Positions 12,159 to 23,295 of a stretch of 64,000 nt of DNA are shown piece after piece. Under the pieces are notes generated by a model. The model did not search any database. It was not told the DNA's origin and was given only the letters and a program-made list of their open reading frames with translations. Position 1 is the stretch's first letter; each line of letters starts with the position of its first letter. This stretch comes from Botryllus schlosseri (lineage: Eukaryota): contig CM119376.1 in the NCBI GenBank assembly GCA_051294905.1, positions 27,342,001 through 27,406,000 on the forward strand, given 5' to 3'. A program made the position numbers and the translations under genes.

Positions 12159-15100
12159 TCATCTTTTCTTCAAAGGGCGCCGCACTTTTTTATTATTTTT
12201 CAATGCTCTCTTCTTTCTCTTGCTTGCTAAAATGGAATCATTCAAATTTCTAGAAGATATGAATGAGTCACAAAAATATTGATTTAATTACTTTCGCATA
12301 TAGCTACGAAATCATGTCACAGGTAGTGGAATAAAAGCTCTTTTTTTCAATTGCGGGCTAGGTTCATTTATACTTACTAGCTTTGTCAGTACTGAAGGCT
12401 TTGCATTCATCACCGTCGTTAACGATCACGCACATTCCCATCCACGGATTATAAACATACAATACGGGAAGGCCTGGCGGGGTCATGCACATGACTCGCT
12501 GAGCAACTCCTGATATTAAAAAATTAAGTACCAATGAGTACGTGGTGCGTCTCCGAGTAAGCCTTACGTTACCTTCCCAACATCTATAATAGGTCCCATC
12601 TGAGCAATCCTCGGACTTGGTAAAATCTACCCCAGTGAGTGGCTCTCCACTAGGATCAGTGCAACTCATTACATTCGGCTGGAACGAAGAGTAAAAAGAA
12701 GTAAATCAGGCTTATTAACTTGCGAACCTGAATGATCAATTTCATGTCAATAAAAACTTCATCAGAACAACGTCACATTGTTATTGTGAAATATCATGTA
12801 TCTGAAACGCATATAAAAGCTTGCAGGGGCACAGGTAAAAGGTAATGAAGTTGCAGCTAACAACTTGACTAAATACATAGAGTCTTTGTTCTGTTGTTGC
12901 ATTCATGGTGTGTTTCGATTACAATGGTCATTTTGGTCATAAGTTTTTGTTACCGTCAGAAACACTGCCGTTACGCCTGAGAAATTTTTTCGTAGGAAGC
13001 TATAGGTCCTAAAATGAGATATAAGGACCAATATTACATATGTTAAAAGCAATATGCATGTATACTAGGGCTGTTGAAAAAAAAAACATTTTTCCAAGTC
13101 TTGGCTGCTAGGAGATTAAATCGGCAGGTTGCCTAAAATACGATGCACACCAAATTTGAATCCATTCCAACCGGTAATCGCGCATTTCTAACATTTATCT
13201 TTTTTTTATATATTAAAAAAAAATTCAAATTTACCGGCTATCCCATGAAATTGATACGTTGTCTACAAAAACGACGCAAATCAAATTTGACTCAATTCCA
13301 ACTCGTAGAAACGGAGTTATTCAAGTTTTGCGTTGATAATTCTGAAATCACCAACCGTTTTAAGAGGATTTGTCCTCTTGTTTGACTTGTTTGAAAGTGT
13401 CCTCGGAGGACGCCTAAATTATCTATTTTTTGAGAATTCGTCCTCTTTTTTGAAAATATTGGTGAAATGTACGTGAGAATTCAACTGAGATATAGGAAAT
13501 CAGCACTCAAGTAAGGGTCCGGCGGGTCATTGGGGTGTTGAGGCAGAAAGTGAACCTTTTTTTAGTCAACCAACTATAAACTCGAACTAAATTTACCAAT
13601 TTTTCCGGATTTTTGTCTGGTAATGTAAGTCTGAAAATTTTGAAAATGTGTCCTCTTTTCAGATTTCCCAAATCTCGAGTGCAGTACCCCTTTAATTACT
13701 GACCACCAATTTCGACGATAGGGGTAATAGATGCTTCCTCCCCCTTCAATGGGATGTTTTCGGACCCGGATTTTATCATTAAAGACGCCAACAGGACCTC
13801 GATTGGATCAGAATCCCGGATCCCGAAATCCATACATCTCTAGCAGGCGTATATGGTGTCGGCATTAAACAGACGACGTAATAACAAATGAAAAGAAGTT
13901 GGTACCGGTACCGCTAGGAAGGTTCACCAAGAACTACACCCAGGTGATCGTTGTCTGTTCAGCGCTGGGACTGTATGCCAGTACGTACACCGCAACGTGC
14001 CCGTCGTTGTTCGTAAGACACAGTTCCTTCATAATATCGGCTATCGGCTATCTAAAACCCCTTCTCTACTTTAATCGCGTCTAGGAAGTGAAACAGTGAT
14101 GAAATGACCTTCATCTTTAACTCGAGACCAGCGCAGTGTGCCTTTAACAACGACCAAGGGCAATATACATACCGACTTGTTTAAATTACCTGCGTGCAAG
14201 CATCCACATTGTAATACCAATCGCAATGTCCATTTCCAATTGGATTGTATACTGCTCCTCTAGCACAATCCATTACGTACCCAATACCTTATTAAAATGA
14301 TAGACGTTGTAAGTTCGCATAGCCTCAACTTGAAAACTCGCAATCTGAATTCGGGGTCAAACTTTAATATTGAATCGGAAAACAGTTATTCCTCATTTAG
14401 ACATCCCAAGGAGATTTCAAATGTCGCTATATTTATGTGAGGGGCCATTACGAGACAGAGGTAAGAAGTAACCTGTATTGATTTATTTGGGTTATATCTG
14501 CGACATGTAGACATAGGTTAGGGTTACCATACGTCTCCTTTAGGAGGATTTGTCCTCCGTTTTCAGGTTTTTGAAAATGTCCTCCGAGGACGCCCAAAGG
14601 GCCTCCTTTTTGGAGATTCGTCCTCCTCTACAGCTTTTGGAGCTAAGAAATGGGCATAAATGACGCTAAATAGGAAATTCGTACGAAAGTGACGACCTTT
14701 TTTCAATCAACCAACCACAGAGTCGGGAAGTTAGGAAAAATTTACTATTTTATCCGAATTTTACTCAACAATTCTAAGTCTGAAAATTTTGAAAAAGTGT
14801 CCTCCTTTCCCGACCCCAAAATATGGTAACCCAAGAGGTGTCTGGATAAGGGTGTCCGGTCAATACCGAGAAAACCATTACCGAGAATGCCATTACCGAG
14901 AATGGACACCACCGAGAATGGACATTACCGAGAATGGACACCACCGAGAATGGACATAACCGAGAATGGACACCACCGAGAATGGACATTACCGAGAATG
15001 CAATATATGCAATGCAGGCATGTTATGCACATGAACTGGTCGTGTGTGAGCACCACGTCGTTGCCACATTCGGTATCAATGCTCAGGCATAAATTTATCA

Positions 15101-17987
15101 ACAACGTCAGTCCCAGTAAGCTATATTCTTGACATTGGCCATTCTCGGTAATGTCCATTCTCGGTGGTGTCAATTCTCGGTAATGACCATTCTCGGTAAT
15201 GTCCATACTTGGTAATGTCCATTCTCGGTAATGGCATTCTCGGTATTGTCCATTCTCGGTAATAGTTTTCTCGGTAATAGTATAGAACCCTGGATAAGAC
15301 TTTCAAGTATTAAGATAATCTTTTCAGCATTCAAAACTGGAAGAATTTATATCATGTTGCTTACCATTGACATGTCTGCAAAATCTCGAGTAGCATCCAG
15401 GACCAATCGGATAAAAATATCCATTGGGAAGTCCACTGACATCACTGCAATCTGAAAGTACAATAGCACCCACTAGCATCAACTGCACCGTGTATAAATT
15501 GTTGCTGGTAATTGATTGAAGTTTGACACCCGTGCTTATCTGATTATCGAATCTTCAGAAGCATACGAAAGCTTTTTTGTCAGTAGCTTACCTACGAAAG
15601 CTTTTTTTGTGAGTAGCTTACCTGCAGGCCTCTGTGTGGTCGAAGCCAGAGTGGTTTTGGTTGCTCCACTGTCCACATTATCGCCGTTTTCTGATTCAGG
15701 TGGGGGTTCAGTGGTAGCGGTGCTTTCAGTGGCTTCCGTGGTTGGCGGCATTGTCGTCTGGGTGGTAGTTTCTGGGCTACTGCTCGTGGTAGACGCTGTT
15801 GTAGTAGTGGACTTTGTCGTAGGAGCAGCTGGGGTGGTAGTAGATTTCGTTGTCGACTCAGTGGAGGACTGGGTGCTTTGTGCTGTGGGAATCGCTTCGG
15901 TAGTTGTGGATATCGGCACGGGTTCGGTGGTTGTAGGCTCGGTAGTAGATTGAGTACTTAGCGTAGTTGAGGATTCAGTTCCCACCGTTGTTGTGGAAAT
16001 AGATGGATTCGATTCGACATTGGACGTTGTTTTAGGCGATTCGCTGCTCGATAGTGGATCGGTTTCTACTTCGAGGTTCTCTGTTGTACTTGAAGTTCCT
16101 TCAGTGGTTGTAGATATCGATGATTCAGTTGTAGATAAAGTAACCGTTTCAGTGGTAGTAGTAGATTGTGGTACAGTTTTGTCAGTTATCAGAATAGTTG
16201 TGGAGGATACAGTGCTCTTGCTGGTTTCCGGCGTAGGCTCAGTAGTCGACTTGCTTGTGGAAATTGCTTCGCTTGTGGTGGTTGATTCTAGTGTTGGTTC
16301 AGTGTCCGGCTCGGCGCCTAGAGTAGATGAAACAACTCCGCCGGTACTGGTAGTTGTAGATGCACCTGGTGTCTCAGATGCCTCAATCTCGGGATCGGCG
16401 GTGCTGCTGGTTAATACTATCTCTGCTGTGGAAGACTTCTGCGTTTCAGTACTGGAGATCGTGCTCGTGGATACCGTTGTTGTCTTCGTCGATGTGGTAC
16501 CGGTGTTTTCCGTCTCTGATTCAACCGGCGGTTGGGTACTAGTGTGGACGGTTTCGGGCTGAGTCGTCGTAGTCGGCTCAGTTGTGGTCGGAGTTGTCGT
16601 TGTGGTAGTTGGAGCTGGTGTGGTAGTTGTAGTTGTGGTTGGTGTAGTTGTTGTGGTCGTTGGAGCTGGTGTGGTCGTTGTAGTTGTAGTTGGAGTAGTC
16701 GATGTGGTCGTTGGAGCTGGTGTGGTCGTTGTTGTAGTTGTAGTTGAAGTAGTCGTTGTGGTCGTTGGAGCCGGTGTGGTCGTTGTAGTTGTAGTGGGAG
16801 TAATCGTTGTGGTCGTCGGAGCCGGTGTGGTCGTTGTAGTTGTAGATGCACCTGGTGTCTCAGATGCCTCAATCTCGGGATCGGCGGTGCTGCTGGTTAA
16901 TACTATCTCTGCTGTGGAAGACTTCTGCGTTTCAGTACTGGAGATCGTGCTCGTGGATACCGTTGTTTTCTTCGTCGATGTGGTACCGGTGTTTTCCGTC
17001 TCTGATTCAACCGGCGGTTGAGTACTAGTGTGGACGGTTTCGGGCTGAGTCGTCGTAGTCGGCTCAGTTGTGGTTGGAGTTGTCGTTGTGGTAGTTGGAG
17101 TTGGTGTGGTAGTTGTAGTTGTGGTTGGTGTAGTTGTTGTGGTCGTTGGAGCTGGTGTGGTCGTTGTAGTTGTAGTGGGAGTAGTTGTTGTCGTCGTTGT
17201 AGTCGGTGTGGTTGTTGTAGTCGTTGTGGTTGGAGTAGTCGTTGTGGTGGTTGTAGGAGTCGTCGTTGTTGTGGTTGTTGTGGTAGTTGTAGTAGTTTTC
17301 GGCTGTTGTTGTGGGGTTCCACTACTACTACTACTACTACTACTGCTGCTGCTACTGCTACTGGAGCTGCCCGAACTGGATCTTTTGAATCGTTTAAACT
17401 GCGGACTTTGGGGAGATTTTTCACTTTCTTCCACAGAAGGCGCCCGGAACGCATCGGCCACTATAGTGATAAAATGGAATCAAATTCGCTGAAGTCCATT
17501 TTTAAGGTCATGGTGAAATCAATTTTTGTAAGATTTTCATTTTCTGTCGGTCATATCTTGGCCATGTTTATGTATATCGCAATATTACAAACTTGATTAT
17601 CCCAAGATGTTGAAAATGGACATAAGGCTATACTCTGATTCCACAACGACGATATAATCCGCGTTGAAAATATGTTACTCAGAAATTCTAATTGAAGTTA
17701 CTCTTCCCGACTCTCTCGCCCTCTCCTCACATTAACTTTTGACTGGACAGAACACGCACACACACGTTAAACATACATACATACCCAAGCTATTTTGAAA
17801 ATATTTCAATACCCAATTATGCTGTTATATGTCAGATTAGTTCATACAAATCGAAATAGGGTTAGTGGGCAAATATTCAGACTGATACAGACAGCAGCAT
17901 ATGTTGAGATACAATAAAAGAGTAACTATGTACTTTACCTACGCCGAGAACCAGCACAGCTACTAGAAATGTAGCTAAAATCTTCAT
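12159..17987 (-). CDS. Secreted mucin-like chitin-binding protein (peritrophin/CBM14 x2), paralog 2, 792 aa
   Basis: Exons 17987-17939, 17460-15622, 15451-15365, 14287-14190, 12678-12573, 12509-12378, 12226-12159; GT-AG and phase-consistent (2379 nt). Exons 1, 3 and 5 have the same lengths as in paralog 1 (49, 87, 106). Signal peptide MKILATFLVAVLVLGVVADA; RFKR at 17392-17381; poly-Ser; ~600-aa Thr/Ser/Pro/Glu mucin region; two Cys6 domains; basic tail TSKRKKRALKNNKKVRRPLKKR. The last exon is less certain; without it the stop is at 12364. Confidence 0.92.
13358..13673. mobile_element. TIR-less copy of the gtcctc/gaggac MITE family in intron 4 of gene 2
   Basis: gaggatttgtcctc...gaaagtgtcctcggaggacgcc...ttcgtcctc aligns with 14535-14630 and the reverse complement of 53220-53320. 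Confidence 0.7.
14519..14834. mobile_element. hAT-type MITE (tagggttaccata family) in intron 3 of gene 2
   Basis: TIRs tagggttaccata / tatggtaaccc(a)a; homologous to 52874-53332; TSD not recognisable. Confidence 0.8.
14851..15289. mobile_element. MULE-like foldback MITE whose arms are inverted arrays of a 16-nt unit (ACCGAGAATGGACATT)
   Basis: About 9 tandem units on the left, inverted array on the right, and a ~135-nt unique spacer; 9-bp direct repeat CTGGATAAG at 14842-14850 and 15290-15298. Confidence 0.85.
15564..15622 (-). repeat. Tandem 29/30-nt duplication that duplicates the 5' splice site of gene 2 intron 2
   Basis: tacgaaagc(t)6-7gt(c/g)agtagcttacc occurs twice; minus-strand AG|gtaagc donors at 15621 and 15591. 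Confidence 0.9.
16350..17185 (-). repeat. Recent 486-nt-period internal duplication in the mucin exon of gene 2
   Basis: 16350-16699 and 16836-17185 are nearly identical (EPTTTTQPETVHTSTQPPVESETEN...ETPGAST twice), separated by PAPT-rich short repeats. Confidence 0.95.
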
Positions 17988-18880
17988 ATTCGCTTTACGA
18001 AAAGGTAATGATGCCAAGAGGAATCTTCTTCAAGCTCCTACTCTGATCGGTCTGTCGTATGATACCTAGGCATTGTCACTTAAAGAAACTTTTTGATAGA
18101 CAAAAATCCGTATTTTTTCGTGCCCACTGTAGTCTTTCGCACGCTACCTAATATTGTCAGGTGTTGCTAATTGTTTAACATCTTCAATTTCAATGTGTCT
18201 GCGATTGATGCGTGAAATGGCCCATCAACTAATATTGACTTATCGAAGCACCCATATTGTCATGAATAGAAATTGCTCTGTCTTTGAACATGTCCCCACC
18301 GTTTTTTTGCACGATTAAAATATTTTTGGTACATTTTACCATGACCTGAAACTTCAAACGTTTGTCGTCCGCTTTTCCCATTATCACCAAGTGTATACGT
18401 ACAAATAGACGATCTATTATTGACCAGTATTCCTTTCTCTGACTGCGTTTTTCATGCGAGATGGCGATTTAAAGAAAGACTTTGAGGATTTCATCTCACG
18501 ATTGCTATTGCATTCATAATCTTTATTAGATGAAGACGGCAGTGACGGTTGTTATTGACGTTTCAAAACTGTATTTGGTAAAATTCCAGTTTGCTCCGAG
18601 AAAACGCGACCACCGATCGAGTTCGTTTGGTAGTTTCAATTACTGAGCGTATCTAGACGCTTCCGGCTTACTGGCTATTAAAAGCCTTCAGACATGGCAT
18701 GTTTACTTTACTCACTGGTCAAAACGTAATTGAGACATGACTAACCAACACTCTGGTCATACAGCATACCTTAACATAGTTATAGTTGGAGTAATTCAAC
18801 AATTATCAGGTCATGGTTATGATTTCTAGTCTCAACTAAGTGAATTGGCATTCGGCCTCTCGCTCAGCATGTATGAAATA

Positions 18881-19000
18881 GCACATTTTCGAAGTCATGA
18901 TCCTCCCACAACATTGTCACCAAGTGCAATGAAATCAGTATGGTCGAAAACATACCAGCATAGTATCTTTAATGTGATGGATAACAGGCATTATATCAAT
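18881..19000 (+). repeat. Solo copy of the interior of the MITE at 19473-19987
   Basis: gcacattttcgaagtcatgatcctcccacaac...aacaggcattatatca is nearly identical to 19724-19839. Confidence 0.85.
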
Positions 19001-19472
19001 TTCGGCCTTTGAACGCGTCGCATATCTTCAAATGCACTGCACATACTATATTTTTGAGTATGCCACACACTCAGTAACAGGCCTATACCTAATATGATTC
19101 GATCTCATTTCCTGGAGTTGCAGCAAACTGTATGATATCATTCATCTTCAGAGGAATAGTAATATCGTTTTATATGTGAAATGAATTTTAGCGATTGAAT
19201 TTCACATTGAGAACACAAAAAGCGTTCGTAAAATATATTATCTGGGAAATCCCGCATATTATGCTGATTTGCGACTCAGCCGCGGTCATTAATATAAGGT
19301 GTTATCACCTTCAAGGCTGTGTAATTTCCATTGCTCAACTTTCAGTACAATATAGGGCCACACATCGCTGTCTCGTGTCTCGTTTACAATTGAATATATT
19401 CGCTCTATTTTGTCTCCCGTTGCAGACAGCTTTGCAACAATGAACGGACTCGCGAACAAAAAGAATCCCACT

Positions 19473-19987
19473 TAGGGCTGGGCACAATGATTCGAATACT
19501 CGAATCTGAATCGAGTATTAATTTTAATGATTCGAGTCGAGTAGTAAAAGACGATATTTTTGAGTACTGAAATTATACGATCCGTGCCTCTGAAAGTTAC
19601 TTCATCAACGAGAATTATAGTTCCGATAGTAATTTTCCCTGTCGAACCTTGAATCCTTAGTTGACCGTATCGTAGCATACGAAACATATAATACGTACAA
19701 AGCTACGAAAGTTACTGGAAAAAGCACATTTTCAAAGTCATGATCCTCCCACAACATTGTCACCAAGTGCAATGAAATCGGTATGGTCGAAAACATACCA
19801 TAGTATCTTTAATGTGATGGTTAACAGGCATTATATCATTTGCGGTAGCATAAAAGCTACATATTTGAACTTTGACATATTCCATTATTTTATGACGTCA
19901 TAATGAGTGATCCTCGATCACTCGACTCGAAGCGTATTACGTGATTCCGAATCGAATCACTCAGGTGCTCGATTTTGCCCAGCCCTG
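19473..19987. mobile_element. hAT-type MITE (tagggctgggca family), copy 1
   Basis: TIR tagggctgggca / tgcccagccctg; tcga-rich subterminal repeats; degraded TSD atcccact / atcccgct; homologous to 59076-59591. Confidence 0.88.
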
Positions 19988-20261
19988 AATCCCGCTATGC
20001 ACATGCAGTTCCAGAAAACAATTTTGAACTGCCTGCCTCAAACGAGCAACAGTCACCACAAGCGCAACATATCATTTCATGTTCGGTCATAGCACTGCCT
20101 TATCAACTATTCAATATTGGATGTATCGACTTCAATTTCTATACTTCGTGTTCCGTCGGAAATTTGAGTATCAACGTTGTTGCTTTCTCCTGAGAATATC
20201 TTTTGACCCGCAATCGTTTAACCATCCCAGTTATCAAATTCATTCTTCCCCGAAAACAATT

Positions 20262-20301
20262 TCTCTCTCTCCCCTCTTTCTCTCTCTCTCTCTATATATA
20301 T
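20262..20301. repeat. Compound (CT)n(AT)n microsatellite
   Basis: tctctctctcccctctttctctctctctctctatatatata. Confidence 0.8.
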
Positions 20302-21435
20302 AATGTCCCTAATATCCTAAATATCATATAAAATGCAAGATCGGTTGAAAGCGCCACCTTTTCCATCCCCCTATTTTAATTTGCTCTTGTTCACAGCAAT
20401 GGTTTCAGTATGTCACAATGTATGGGTAATGCCGCAGCACAGTGGTCCTCAACCACAAAATCCATGATGGTCCGCCAAATATTTTTAACTTATAGACGAT
20501 CCTTCATTAATTAGATAAATGAATTATCAAATTTTAAATTGATTTCGAAATTTGAAACGTATTTTTTGGAATGGTGTCGTAATATAGAATTTATTGTCTG
20601 CTTTGGACTTTGCGTACGTCGCATGCTGCAAGTGTTGTACAAAACTGTTTAAAGCAAAAAAACTCCTTGAGGAACAGCTATATTTGAAAGCTACAAGGAC
20701 ACAGTTAAACAAATTACGTTACATTTGGACGGCACAATTTAGCAGCAGAATAGAGGCTACTAAGCAGCAAACTCGCATTTCTGTCTGAAGAACCAGGAAA
20801 ATCAAACTCAAGTTTGTGGTTTTAACAGCACTTCGCATTACGGGAACTTCGATAAAACCACGTATAATACGTTTAATATCAAAAGGCAGCATTAAATTAA
20901 GTCTCCAATATTTACCTTTAAGTTGAATACATTTGTCGTAATTGTAATATGGGTAAATTTTGAAGGTACGCCAGTCCTTGGCATATATTTTCGTGTTCTA
21001 CCGGTCCGCAAGGTCAAAATGTTGCGTACCACTGCATATATATTGTACTTCAGCGGCATACTGAAATCGTACAATGCAGCGCACTACGCACTACGCTCAA
21101 TGTGCAATTGTAATATTTATTGTTCACAACAAAATCTGGACACATGAGGCAAGAAGCGTTCTTACATGCCGAGCATAGACCATATAGACATACCCGTATG
21201 AACCAAATTGGATTCATAATTCTTAATCGATGGACGTCATCACTATCATTGCATCGCGATGAAATTGTTAAAATCATTTCACTAGCGCTGAAATAAGGAA
21301 AATATAATATTCGTGAAGTTGAAATTCTTCCATTCCCTTTATAAACTCGTGGTGTGCACGTCCTGTAAAGTGTTGAATTCAGGTTACGATGCAGTATATT
21401 TTAAAATCGTTTCCGCGCCACGCACCTCCATCATC

Positions 21436-23295
21436 TCACTCGCATTTACACATGAAACAGTCTCTCGAAATTTGGCAAATGTTCATCGTACCACTGCAGC
21501 CCATCTGGCTCGGGCTGCATCCAGACCAAGTGCTGTGACACAGCGCTCGTGGGCACGCATGTTCACATTCTGACTTTGTCTATACGTAAATAAACGAAAA
21601 ATTGATATACTTATTATTTGGTTCAAGGGGTTTGTGAGATGGATTGGCCTTTCGACTCTATGCGACTTACCATGAAACCATTTGCGTTGCCTGCACATTC
21701 TCCTGCCGGCAATTTGATGCACTTTCTTTCTTCTGAATTGTAATAGAATTGTCCTCGCTTCCCATCGCAGCTATCTCTCTCCACGTTCATGAAGCACGAT
21801 TGTCTACATATATGAAATCATACTGTGAAAAGTAACATGCACGCCATGTTCCTGATTTGAAATAGCTGAAGAGATACAAATTGACCGCTATAGTGCTGTT
21901 CGGGTGGCAATCCACAACGTTTTACTCGATATAGATTTGACTTACCTGTTTATCATAGGTCCGTCGTAGCACTTCATCGACTGCAAAGAAATAATTGTGT
22001 CATTAAATACAGCAAGTACACTCGTTTCAAATTAAATTTTAGATTTATGAGACACGGTGTAGCGATTCTCCATGACGCGCTTTTCTAGATTTAATCGTTT
22101 GATTGATTACCAATTGGTCCAATGTCAAATCTGAGCATCGTTTTGAGGGAATTCAAATGGTGCTGTGAGTTGAACTCCAATTTTTACATTGCCAAGCGTT
22201 CCTGTACACCAGGCCACTGATGCTATAACTTGAGTAGTGTTTATGATTGCCACTTTTAAAAATCGCATCTGAAATTTCACGCCTGAGCTGGTGATGATCG
22301 ATCACAGGCGTAGCCAGGAAGAAAACTTTGGGTTAGGGTGAAATTGTGTAAGGTAATGACGATACATCACGAATACCCATTGCTGCATATAGTGAGAAAG
22401 ATTGACGTCGAAACGTCAAAGTCGAAAATTTGAAGTGCTACGCCATTGTGCATCTTTTATGAAAAGGGATGTCCGGACTACAACAAAATAAAGATTTATT
22501 GAAACATTATTTTAAAACAGCAGCGTAGTGGCCTGCGGTTGAGAGAACAACATCATTTGAAAGACGAAGCAAATGTCAAAACTAGCGACAAGACATATAA
22601 CGAGCGTAACTAACATAAAACTATATTGACAACAGCATCGGTAAGCTATTAGAAAAGTCCCAGAGAAATTGGATAATGGACATCTATAAACTAACTCAAC
22701 CAAATCACGTGTGTGACATATACGGGCTCAATTGCTTTCATAATTACTATTGCAGATTACGGCAGTATCACGTAAGATACACATTTATATGAGTAAGAAA
22801 CTTTTGCGACTGTACAGTGTACCTGAAGGAATACATGATATCATGTACTTTTGAGGTTTGAAATTAACGGAACCAAATGACTGGCTATGCTGCAAAATAT
22901 TGCGATAAAGTGTTACATCCGTACAGCAGACAGGTATACGAGACTGTGAAATGATGTATGGTTACCAGCTGAGGTTATTCATTTACTGGGTGTTGTGGAT
23001 ATTAGGCTATGATGTTTGCGCGGCAGATCCTGTACGTACTCCTAAGAACGAAACTACATGTATGCTCGTCAAGTTCGTGAGCCTTGTGAGTGGGAGATTG
23101 GCACTACAACGAAATCCCCTGCCTCTGGACTCGCTGTAGATCCACGATTTACCCTGCCATCGTATTTACGCCTACGTCTGTTTACGATGTGCAATGCTGA
23201 TTTAAGCCATAAAATACGGCTGCCAACAGTTTGCAACGTATTACAGATTGGTTAAACTGTCTTCATTTTGCTTACTTTAATCGCGTCTTCGGCAT
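21436..23295 (-). CDS. Small secreted Kunitz/BPTI-domain protein with Cys-rich C-terminal module, ~156 aa
   Basis: Exons 23295-23276, 22620-22583, 22268-22188, 22130-22111, 21980-21946, 21803-21671, 21579-21436 (471 nt, phase-consistent). Protein: MPKTRLNFMLVTLVICLVANA-IFKSGNHKHYSSYSISGLVYRNAWQYLTLDQLSMKCYDGPMINRQS-CFMNVERDSCDGKRGQFYYNSEERKCIKLPAGECAGNANGFMTKSECEHAC-PRALCHSTWSGCSPSQMGCSGTMNICQISRDCFMCKCE. The Kunitz six-Cys pattern, FYYN and GNAN.F are clear. The 5' exons are less certain (weak GTTTTG donor at 22582), and the 3' end may extend further. Confidence 0.85.
22305..22448. mobile_element. Small degraded hAT-type MITE in a Kunitz-gene intron
   Basis: Ends caggcgtagc ... gctacgccattg, the same terminus type as 1450-1461; no TSD. 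Confidence 0.45.

Noticed and set aside
14774-15455. ORFs with repeated MDITENGHYRE-like units and a CRISPR-like repeat appearance
   Set aside because: Translations of a 16-nt tandem unit with no unique spacers; inverted arrays plus a 9-bp TSD indicate a MITE, and the context is eukaryotic.
15516-17596. Several long plus-strand Val- or Cys/Gly-rich ORFs and minus-strand Gln/Leu-rich alternative frames
   Set aside because: Antisense and out-of-frame shadows of the mucin repeat exon.
21436-21540. ShK toxin domain call for the Kunitz tail
   Set aside because: Spacing ends C-x5-C-x2-C-x-C with seven Cys, not the C-x3-C-x2-C end of six-Cys ShKT. Kept only as a hypothesis to test.
22951-23255. 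Plus-strand signal-peptide-like ORF (MMYGYQLRLFIYWVLWILG...) and overlapping ORF
   Set aside because: It lies antisense within Kunitz gene intron 1, and no consistent splice chain or domain was found.
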